The translations under genes and the position numbers were made by a program. Source: a virus (lineage: Duplodnaviria > Caudoviricetes). From it: DNA of 64,000 nucleotides. Positions 38,601 through 50,600 of the stretch are shown one piece after another (position 1 is the stretch's first letter; every line of letters starts with the position of its first letter). The notes beneath the pieces are model-generated. The model made no database searches. It was not told the origin of the DNA and was given only the letters and a program-made list of their open reading frames with translations. The DNA lies in IMG/VR virus record IMGVR_UViG_3300021400_000138, positions 96,001-160,000 of that record. One strand, written 5' to 3'.

Positions 38601-41600
38601 CTCCTGGATTGTTTTCATATTTTCAATGAGTTGATCATTGATTTTATTATATTCTGTGGCGTTATCTCCAACAATTTGTCTCTGTTGTAAAAGATATTCA
38701 TTTTGCTGCTCAATAACACTGATTTGTTGCTCCGCATTATTTCGTAAATCTGTAAGATCATTCTTAGAATAATATTCTCGATCCGCTGTCTTTTGATTTC
38801 TATAAATTTCAAGTTGAGATTGCTGCCGTTTTAATGCATCAAGTGAACGATTTAGTCCTTCTAATTCAAGACCACCATTAAGCATCTCAACATATTGGAG
38901 CGTTTCATCGTTTAATGTTTGCTGTTCTTGGGTTAACTGTGCAATTTTATCTTTGTAGCCATTTGCTGTATCGATATTATTCTCTGTAATTTTCCCGAGG
39001 TCATTAAGTTTGTTATTATAGTCTTCAATTAATTTATTATTTGCTTCAGATATTTGTCTATTATAATCAATTGCTTCCATATAATCTGAAGCCTCAGCAG
39101 ATTGTCCACGATTTTGCGCATTGGAAATTCTGTTTGTAACAACGCTTTTATCGGTATTTAATCCCGCAATTTCAGATTCAAGCTTTGCAAGTTCTTTTTC
39201 GTCCCAGGTTGGCTGAAGGATTACCCGCATTTGTTCGATTTTTTCTTTCCAGGTCTCGAAATTCCAAGTTGCAGAATCTGTTTCCAGTGATAACCGCGCA
39301 ATAATTTCACCAGTTTTGCCCGTAGAATCCGCGTCTATAAGAGCTTGAAGTTGGGACACAACCTAATCTGCATATTGTGCTTGTGCTGTCTATCCCATAA
39401 CATCCTGGCCTTTAAATTGACCTATAATAGAAGCACGAATCTTTTGCATGACATCTTCAATACTAGAATCATCTATTTTTACTTCACCAATAATGTTATT
39501 AAAATATTGACTAGCTAATTCAATTTCTTCTGCGCTTGGTTCTCTTCCAAGACCGTCTTTTACAAGTTTGGAATAATTTTCAGCAAACTTTTCTGCTTCA
39601 TCGCCACGCATCTTCAATAAGCCTTCAAGCAAATGATCGAGACTGTCGCTATATTTCATAAGTTGTTCTGGATGAGCACCTACAATATCTGCAATATTTA
39701 CAGATTCACCATTGTTTATAGAATCTATATAACCTTGAATTTCTGTATTTAATGCCTTGAAATTATCTATAGTCTTTTTGAGTCCCTAGTCTGAATCATC
39801 TTTAAGAAGAGAAGAGAAGGTTGTATCATTTTTGGGCAGTTCAATTTCTTCTTCGACTTTCTTCTTATATGAATTATAACTACGTATACTTTCGTCTCCG
39901 AGAAGTGCATATGCTTTTTCTACATCGGCGATGTTCCAAGAGGTGATGATTTTCATTTTTTCTTCATCTGTAAATTGATCACCAAATCTTTCGCCAAGTT
40001 GAGCAACAACCGTATTAAGTTTATTTTGATATTCATCAATATTTGCCTGAAGCCCAAAGATATTCATATAATCAGCATATTGATCTCCGAAGATTTTTTG
40101 CATTGTAGTTTCAACCTGGGTTTGATAATCTTGAAGATTCATTTTCGTTGGATCCAATTCAAACATCTTTGATAATTCAGTTTGAGAATCCTCGCTTAAT
40201 TGGTCTAATACTCCAATAATATTATCATGAAGATAATTATATAATGCGTCATCGCCCTCGCCAATGTTTGTATAATCTATATTATTAAGATTCTGCTTTA
40301 TATATGATTGTATATTAGAATCTAATTGTCCAAAGGTATATGAGCTATCTAAATAATCTCTGGCAGTTTCCGCTATATTGTGAAGAGTATCTTTTTCTTT
40401 TGAGTTAAGCGCATTAATCTGTTGATTTACTTCACCAAGTTCTTTTTCATAACCGTCTGCAATTTGTTTTGGAATATTCTCATTCCAAATAGAAGCCATA
40501 TATTCTCGAATAGTATTCGCAACCGTTTGATCTGGTGTTATTTCAGAATCAAATATATCAGCTAACTCTTCATAAAACCTTATAACTACATCATTTTCAT
40601 TTTCAGTTACCATATCCATAAATCCATTATCTTCGAATAATTGTCTCAATGGTTCGAAAGACTCTTTTGATAATCTTACGCTAGTACCAACATAGGCGTC
40701 CTCTTCAGAAAATGGATTAAGATTATTTAAAATGGAATCTCTTCTTGCGGCAAGTTGGTTCATTTGAATGTTGTACGTTTCCATTTGAGCAACAAAGCCT
40801 TTAAATGCTTTTCCAAGGTTTTCTCCAATTTCAACATTAGCAACATCAAGTGCAGCTTTATGCATTTGGTTGAGTTTATCTGTAGCATCTTCAACTGTTC
40901 CGCCAAGATCTAATATTGCGTTATTTTGCGAATCATATCCCTTTACAAGATATGGATATGTTTTTGCAATCTGATTAGAAAGATCTAAGTATCTTTGATA
41001 TTCGTCATTGGTCAAAGATTCGTTTTCATTTAAACTGGAAACACCAGATCTTAATTTTGTATATTCTTTAGCTATCTCATCAAATTTATCATCAAGTTCT
41101 TTTTTGTCTGGTTCTTCTACGCCGATCTTTATTAATATATCATCTATTCCTTTTGATTTTTCATTTACGGTATCCATTACTTCTGTTATCTTTTCTTGTG
41201 CCTTTTTGCCTTCTTCAATTGCAATGTTTGTTGCATTTATTAGTTTATATAAACCTGTTATAACTAATTCTATAACTTTCGTTATAGCATACATTGCTAT
41301 CATATTCAGGCCAGCACCAAGAACATTCTTTAATACTCCACCTGCTTTTGATGCAATTTTTTGGAATGTAGATAATCCATTAGAGGATTGTTTTAACCAG
41401 CTCTAGAATCCAGAGAAAGATTTGTCACTTTGATTTACATCGAGTAAGAATTTCTTCGTAATCTCATCTGCATCGCCTGTTTTTTCTATGAATTCATTAA
41501 TTCCATCTAAATCAGATGGATCAAGATTGAGTATTGTATTCTCGTTTACATTGAACCAATCTTCAAAATCACTTGCTTTTGGTTTCTTAAAGAAATCTTT

Positions 41601-44600
41601 AAGTCCAGAGAATAGTCCATTAGACTTTCCGTCTTTTCCAAAATTCAAAACTCCAAGACCAAATATTTGTCCTACGGTTCCAACAATACCAGAAAGTAGT
41701 ACCTTGAATGCACCGCCTTTATCTAGTAGTGTTGTAAATGCTCCAACAAGACCTGTCGCTCCATCCAGGAATATTTTTATCCAGTCGCTGTCAATTGATA
41801 TTGCGGCGAGTTCCTGGAGGCGATTTTGAAGTTTTGCAAGTTTGCCGTCGATTGATTCGAGGTATTTATCGAGTTCTTGTTGAGCGGAACCAGCATAATC
41901 ATTTTCAGCTGCTTCCTTTACTTGTTCTAATACGTCTCCGTTAAGTAAAATTGAAGAAGCAATATTCATTTTGTTACGTATTAATATACGAATAGGTCAT
42001 TTCTGCCTATTTCTGCATTTTCCCTCTTAGATTATATATGCAGATCAGATCATACCTTTACCATATTTTGGTACCCCCATACGTTTAATTGTTACCTTTT
42101 AAACTATGATCGTTACGGGCTTAGTTTTACCCACGGTATTTTCCATCTCTGGAATTCACCGTTTTGAGAGGGTTTAAATATTATATATTTCTATATAATG
42201 GAGCAATATTACTTTTCACTCCTATTTTTTCCACGTTGTATTTACAAGGGCCACAACTCCTTGCGTGTTTATAAACACCTTATACTTTCATATAAGACTA
42301 GACTATTTCTTCATCTCCACCATTATGTGCTGAGAGTACACCTTTTCGATTTAATGGATTTTCACCAACGCCTTTGTGATTGCGCCCTACTCCTATTGAC
42401 AAAATGTCCACCTCTGTGGGATAGTCGTTGAACCTTTATCCTCGTCTTTACGTTAGAATACTTGGCTGCATGAACAGCGATTTCTCTCCAAATAGAAGAG
42501 TAGTACTTAGGCTTTTAACCATATACCATCCTTACGTTGTTTCTACTTTCGTACCATCATATTGTGATTTCTCCAATATTGTGGTGTAAGGCTTTACGCA
42601 TTACCTGCAATTAGATGTAACTTATCATGCATATTTCTATACATGTAGGCCATTATTTAGCCAAAGCTTCTACCAAAGCATTTGCTCGGTTCTAACCTGT
42701 TTGTTTATCAGTTTCTTGTATCTCTTTATACACCTTAGAAATATCTAATAATATGTCATATGTACTTCTAAGATTTCCATTATTGTCTAATACAGACACA
42801 CCTTTAAAATTATTGCTTGCAACAGCAGTATAATCTCTGATCAATTGATCGGTTTTTGACTTTGTACGTACTACGAAATCGTCAATGTCTTCGCCAAGTT
42901 CCGCGATTTCATTCTTGGCTTCTTCTGTCAATCTGTTACTTTCGGTGAGCCACACCTACTGACTATTAATAAATAATAGCGGCTAGTCATTTCTGGCTAA
43001 CTCTCACATTTCATAAATTGTGGAATATATTGTGAGTTCGGACTGTGTATTTACCTTATAAAAAGGAACAACTTAACCTATTATGTTGCCACAATAGACA
43101 TCGCAGTCTCTACGGATTTATATAATATATTATACATATTCATAACGATAACCTTTAATTGTTTTTCTAATACCAGTTACCACTTCATAAATTTTAAAAG
43201 CAATAGTGCCGTTTTCTTTTGCAGCCTATAGCATATTATCATAGGCCGCCACACTCTTATTATTTAAATCCAATTTTCTAACCGGATAATAAAATTTTTC
43301 TAATCTATTTTCAGGTATTATATAATCTCCAGATTCATATAAATCTTTTGGTACCCAATAATGTTCATTAGAATAATATCCCTTCGTATAAATTGCAGAG
43401 ATTATTCCGCTAATATCAATGGAATTATCTCTCGCAGCATCCGCATATGAACCATATTCTTTTTGATAATTCCGATGCATATCTAACATAACTATTGGTC
43501 TACGAGTACTTTTAATATAATCATCAGGATAATACAATTTGTTTTCATGAAGAGCATCATATATCCTATGCGCATTTATGCATAATTCGTCAGCTATTAC
43601 CTGGACTTTCATTCCAGAATTTAATTTATTCTATATATCTACAAGATTTAGTTTTTTGTTATAATCCATTTTGACCCATGATGGAATCTCGTTGATATCT
43701 GGAAAGAAGTATTGAATATATTTTAAAACCGGAACGCCATCAATCTCGTAGTCATAAAATTCATATCCTCGATTTATCCAGTATTGTTTTTTAATATTAT
43801 CTCGAACTTTCTATCTTTTAAATCTATGCCATTGTCCTTGTACTTCAATAGCTATTTTTAACCTATGGTTCACAATATCTGTCGGCATAACCTTTCCAGT
43901 ATTTGGATTAACGCAAGATGGATCTTCTTCTATTGAATCAGGATAATAATGTTTATAAATTTGTTTTAATACAAGAGCATGTAACGATTCTAAAGTATCA
44001 TCACAATTAGAACATGAAATTCCTTTATGCTATTCATCGTTTCTTCTTAAATTATATAGTGATTTCTTTATTATTTTACCACATCTTGTACATTTAAACT
44101 CAAGTATGGAATCTTTGGTAATAATATCTTCTTGATTTGAAATACATTTAAAATTTCCATTAAATCGTATTTCTAAGTATTTATTTATATTATAAAGTAT
44201 GTATGGATTTTTTATTGCAAACCATATGGGATTTTTCTTTTTATCATTATTTATATAATTTTCTGCTTTAACAGATGCGTAATATTGCCCATCACTTACT
44301 GTTACCAGCTGTTTTACAGATTTAAAATCATGCTCTTTGGTAATTAATATTAATCCAAATTTTTCTAAATTGTTTTTAAGTTTATAATACTTTTCCATTT
44401 TTTCTCCTTTATAAATTGTTATTTGCATAATATAACTTTCCTCGACTTTGGCATTTCCACTATGCTCTTAGTCGATATAGTTGTTTATAAAAAATATATT
44501 ACTATATTTCCGGGCTTCCTTCCTAGACCCGCAATCCTTAAACTAATAGTACGTACCCCTGCACTTGTCTTACTCATATCTTGAGTAATTAAATTCCCCG

Positions 44601-47600
44601 ATGTGAGGAGACCCAACGTTTCATCTAAACTATTATTCTGTGTCATTAATACAGCCGCAGCATTCTGAAGACCCTATGCGAGTTCATCAGTACTGACGGC
44701 AAAATTGTTTGATCTGTTACTTTCAGCAATATGCCTACTAACTATCTTACCAAGATAGCGGATAGGACGTTAATCCTATCTCTGCATCTTTATATATACA
44801 TGCAGTCCAGACTGTATATTACATCCATAAAGGATGGATAACTTCATAATAGCAATTACTCACTATTACCCGCAGTCGTTACGGTATAAATAATAATAAT
44901 ATTATATTATAATCATTTTTACCTCGGTGTTGTCCAATTTAGGATGTTCACCGATATAGTTATCAAGTTGTGCAATATGCACAAAAACCAATTTTAATTT
45001 TCATTAAAATATAGGCAACATTCACCTACCAAATTGAGTTTGTCTACGATAGAATTTGGATCTATATCTTTATAAGCTTGCGTAGCTGATACAAGCGATT
45101 GTGTAGCATCATTTATATTCTCAAATTCAGATACATTTAACAACTTCGTAGAAAGAGCAGCCATTTCTTTTGCTTCAGAGAAAGATTTTCCTAGCCTTAA
45201 CCAGTCAGCAGTAGAATCTTGTATGGCTTTTGCAGTCGTTCCTAATTGATCCGCAATATCAAACGAATCAAACTGATACTTCTGTAAACTGGAAAGCGTC
45301 TCGTCACTAACCTTTCGCATTTCAGTCAAAGCTGTATCAAGTTCTCTTACAACAGTTACACCCTGTCTGAAGATGCCAATTACTTGATAAAAACTAGCAA
45401 ACGACAACAAGTATCTTCCAAGGTTACCAAAGGATCCCTTCAACTTCTCTGCAAAACTTTTTCCAGTATTTCCAGCATCTGCTGCAGCGGCAGCGATCTT
45501 TTTAAACGTATTTACTAAGTTATCACCCTCAGCCGCACTTATCTATTCGCTACTAGCTAATCTGTCATATATAGGTTTAATCTCTGCTATGGCTTGCTTC
45601 GCTTTTGAATTATTTGCCATCCATTCAGCCATGGACTTAGCCATATTGGATCGATGATTTTGATCCATCCACTGAAATGCTCCACCTGTATTTACGTTTT
45701 TAATAGCATTATCTATTTCTTTAAAACCAGCTTTGACTTCGTTTACACTCTGTTGATAATCTCCGTTCCAATCAATAGAATCTATCGTTCTTTGTAAATT
45801 ATGATACATTTCTGTTATTCTATTTACTTCATCCGCGTATGCCGCTGGCCTATCACTTTCATCTCCAAGATTATCTACCTATATTCCAACGGATTTATAG
45901 GTTCTATCCAACGCATCTTGTATAACCTGAGTCTAAATTTCTTTTAATTCCGCATCTAAAGATTCTGCCATATCCTGGCTCATATCCTTAAATACACCAG
46001 TTGATTTTCCTGCGTCATCTACGGCGCCTTGGTATTCCTTGATTTTCTTTCTCGCATCTTCAAAGTATTTAGTATATTTGTTAAGCCATTCCTATTCGCT
46101 AATTGTTACCTTCCCGTTACTTTTCTTTTCGAGGAGTGTATAATATTTGGTTGCCAAAGCTATAAGATTGTTATATCCTTTTTCAACTGTATCAAAACCT
46201 TCTGGCGTAATATTCGCGGCACGATTTCCTGCATCTGAAATTCTCCCACGTTGTGTTGCCAATTCATCCGCAGTAAATTTTGTAGAACCAGAACTTACTT
46301 TTTCTTCAAGAGTCTATATTGCCTTTTCAGCTTCATCTGCTTTTCTCTTTACATCTGCAAGACGAGTAGTAAGAGACCGTGTAACATTTTCTCCGTGACT
46401 TTGACGTTCTGACAACGCCTCAAGTTTTTCCACGGCAACAATATAATCATCAATCGCTTTTGTCGCATCCTTTATTTCTTTTGTTTCTTGAGAATCAACC
46501 TTTTTAGCTTGTTGTTCAGATTCCCTCTGCGTTTTTCGTTCTGCTCTTTTCCTTTCATTTTCCGCATCTCTATCAGCTTTTCTTTGTGCGGAATCCGCCT
46601 TGTCTTGGTCTTTCTTTTCATCAGATAACTTTCGTTTTCTCTCAATTCTTTCTAATGTATAATCGAGACCATCAAGCGGAGCCAAAGCCCTTTTTTCTAT
46701 GTCTTTCGCCATCTTTTCGTTAAATAATGGATTTTCATAAAGGGCATCGGTTAATTCATATATTTTATCAGCTAATTTATCTATTTGATCAAGATCTCCT
46801 TCTAGCATCTTTCCAGCTGCCACATCTTTTTTCAAGTCTATATATTGTTTTACTACTTCAGATAATTCCCGAAGCCTTGCTTCTTTTTCCTCAATGTTTC
46901 TATCTTTAGCTTCTGATTCACGCATACTTTGTTCATACTCTTTTTGATCCGCAGCCATTTGATCAAACACCTTTTTCTACTTTTTCGCCTGCGCCTCTAT
47001 ATCTTTTTCTGAAGCCTAATTAACATAATATAAATCGGTATTTGTTTTCTATTCTTCTTGATCCAAAAGGGTACTCTCGGCAGCTTTCCTCGCTCTGTCA
47101 AATGCCTACGCTAATTCATCAAGCTATTCCCGTGTTAAATTTGATTTACCAACAAATTGTTCAAGACCAGTTATAGATTCAAATATTTGTTTTGATAATT
47201 TTTCTATAGATTTTGGAGTTTCAGCTTTTGATAATTCATCTATATTATCTTTTACTTTTTTAATATTATCAGCAACGTTGGAATAAAGCGTATTCGTCTG
47301 CGTAACTGTACCATTAGGTCTAAGCGTAACATTTCTTTTTGTACCACCCATATCAGTGATATCAAATGTGTCCGTTATCTTTCCCTCTTTATTTATCTCT
47401 GATTTTTTTCTTATAGAAATGATATTATTCATCTCTATTCCGATTTTACGCAACTTTTCAATAAGCGCATCATATTCCTTGGAACCAGGCATAAATTCCA
47501 TTTCATCCGATCCAAACATACCACGAATTTCTTCTGCAACCTATTGTACTTTGGCCTGTCTTACTGTATCTACTGTTTTATCTATCTCGGCCTGTGGTCT

Positions 47601-50600
47601 GCTCAATATCTCAGCAAAAGACTTTAATGCATCCTTACTTTCGGAGATTTGCTGGAAAAGATTTCCGAATAATCCCTCCGTACTTGTACTAGCAAAAGAT
47701 TTGGTTAAATTCTGTAATTCCGTTTCAAAGCCTTTAATTACCTCTAACTCTTTTTGAATAATACCACTAATGGTTGTAATATCTTGAGTAAAGGCTTCAT
47801 TCTTTTTGTTAATGGCATCAGGCACTTTATTAATCAATTCACTTTCAAGCTCTCCAATAATTTGCTTTTCTTGGTCAACAACGTTTCTAACAACTTCAAC
47901 TTCTCCATTGAAAGCCGCATTTTTTGCACTTATAGCTTCTGGAATATCAACTTTCAACTTATTCTCAAGATCAGCAATGCTTAATACTTCATCTTTTACA
48001 TTGTCTGCTGGAACATCCCCGGCTTCGATCTGCAATGATTTTAATCCAAGAACAGATTGAATACCCTGAATAAGCCCATCAAAACTCTCTGAGAATTTTG
48101 TAATGCTTTCAGTTGATCCCTTAAAGAAATCTGTTGTCTAAAGCATTTCACGAAGAGAAGAAATAGAAGTAGTAATATCCTGAATTTGTTTCAATATAAC
48201 AGGAATACCAGATTCATCATCTATCATTTTGAACACATTAGAGATTTCTTGAATTTCTTTTAATAAACTTTCAAGACTTCCAAGCAACTCTTTTATTTGC
48301 TATTCGTCAAAAGCAGCAGCAACTGGTTTATCCGAACCGTTTGCAACTTCTTCTTGTGCAGACGCAACTTCTCTAATCGCACCAGCCGCGCCTTTAGCCG
48401 CCGCACCAAGGTTTTCCATATCCTCTGTTTCTGGTTCTATAGAAGTAGTAGGAGTAGATGGTGAGGTTTCAACTGGTTCAGATATTACTTTTTTCAACTC
48501 CTCTTTCTTTTTTTGAATTGCTGCAATATAATCTTCGTAAAACTTAATTGTATCTTCATTTTTAGATCTCTTTCTTGTTGCGCTTGCTTTCTTTTCTTCC
48601 GCTTCTAGGGCATCAATATCCGTATAAGAATCGATTGAAGCCATCTTTTGTTCGCGTTCTAACTCAACCTTAGTTTTCTTTTTGGCGGGAGCTTCAGTGG
48701 CTAATTCTCCAGAAGTAGAAGAGGAGAGTTTGGTCCATTTTTCTGTTACTTCATCAAATGTATATCCAAGTTCTTCGGCCTTTTTATTAAGTCTTTCTAT
48801 AGCTTGTTCGAATGGAAGATCTTGAGTTGTTATTGCCGCTTCCAGATCTTCGACGGTGTTTTTTAATTCTTCTGGAGCTTTTGATGCTCGGGCGTTGAAC
48901 TTTGTTGATAAATCTTCTGGGGTTTCATTAGATATTTTCTAAATATCCGCCTTAAATTTATTTTTCTGCTATATCAACTAAACAATTTGATTTTTTGCTT
49001 CTAATTCAGAAATTGCGCCATTGTAATAATCTATAAGCACCTATGCAAATTCTTCTGTTTTATTTTTTAACAATCTAACAGTGGCACCAAGAGCCTCATT
49101 AGATACCATCGACATTTCAGGATTTGATGTTATACTAAGGCCAGGTAAACCATATTGCTCACCATAACTATCACCTAAAACTCCACGATGCCCAGCAAAT
49201 CTAAACAAATACTATTCAACTGTCTCTTCCGGATTAGAAATATTATCTACGCTCGCAGAATTATTAGCTAATTTAAACACTTCTTGTAATGCTAAACTGA
49301 GTTCCTTTGCTGACATGGTGGCTTTATTTAACCCTTCAGAAATCTATTCCCCCATCTATTGACCAGTTTGCCCAGCTTGAACTTCTGACTCAGAAATAGT
49401 TTCTACTTGAGATGGGAGAATAGTAGTACCCGATGAAATCGGATTTTCACCAGATGTTTCGCGTTGTGTATCATTTAACTTCCCAACAGAATCTGCTGCG
49501 TCATCAGCAGCGGCAGCAATACCTTTTAACTTTTCTTCTGAAGATTCTGGAACAACAACGTTAATAGTCTATATCTTTTCAAAGCTTTCAACTAAGCTTT
49601 TTGTCTTATCAATCAATGTTTGCATTGCCGTGTTTAGCTATTCAAGATAGGAAATATCTTGATCAGATACGCCAAGTCCTTTTGCAAGAGTATTTTGTAG
49701 TTGCTATAACGCTTGTGCCAACTCACCAACGACACCTGACGCCTCTTTGGCTTCTTCTTCTCCACGCTTATCAATTGATTTTCCTAATATTTCAAAGGCT
49801 TCCTCTCTTAAAGATTTTCTATTATCTTTATGAGATGCGTTGATATCATTTATTTTTCTGATCTCAGAAGCAATATAAGACATCTCTGTACCGGGAGCAC
49901 GACTGGTTCCTTTACCTGTTAAATATTTGTAAACATCATAATATGGATTTTGTTCTAAATAAGAAGCAATTCTTTTTTGGTTCTATTCTTTCCATTCCTC
50001 AAATGAGCTAAGACCAGAATCCAAATATTCAGAGCTAAATTTTCCCCAAACATCGTCTTCCAACATTTCACTAATAGCTCTCTCCAAATTCTTCATAAAA
50101 TCCATTACTGCCTATATTCTTTCTTCTGGGTCTTTATTTTGTTCTATTACAGAAGATCTGCTGAAATATTCAACTATATCTCTTCCTGACGTCATCTACC
50201 TAAGATAATCTGACGAGGTAAGACCAACGAGAAATTGTTGCGGATCGCCTTCGTCTCCGCCCAATATTCGTTTATAAGCATCGCGGAATATAGAAAATAT
50301 CTTATCATAGGCATCTGTGTATCTCTTTGCTTGCCTCCTCCATACGTCTTCCTCAGCTTTAATCCTTTGTTGAACATCAAGGGAAGTGTCTTCTCTTAAA
50401 TTAACGTTAAACTCACTTTTCCCTATCTTTCTTTGCATTGCGCGAAGTCGTTCCCTTACAGACATGGTATCATTTCTAGCCGCGCCAGAACTACCATCAC
50501 CGATTACTCCGATTGATAAAGAAATATTATTTAATATACCAACGACTTCATTAAGTGCATTACTAAATGCTTGAATATTATCAATACTAAATGCGTCATC

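Noticed and set aside
42929-45023. Track termini MWLTESNRL (42955) and ECCLYFNEN (44994), and ATG 41969, as real protein ends or starts
   Set aside because: They are read-through into intron sequence; the ATG at 41969 ends on the terminal G of intron B.
41967-45023. Inteins or group II introns as the TMP interruptions
   Set aside because: Inserts contain TAA/TGA stops and lack intein C...HN ends, a GUGYG start or an RT ORF; they carry group I P1/P7 signatures.
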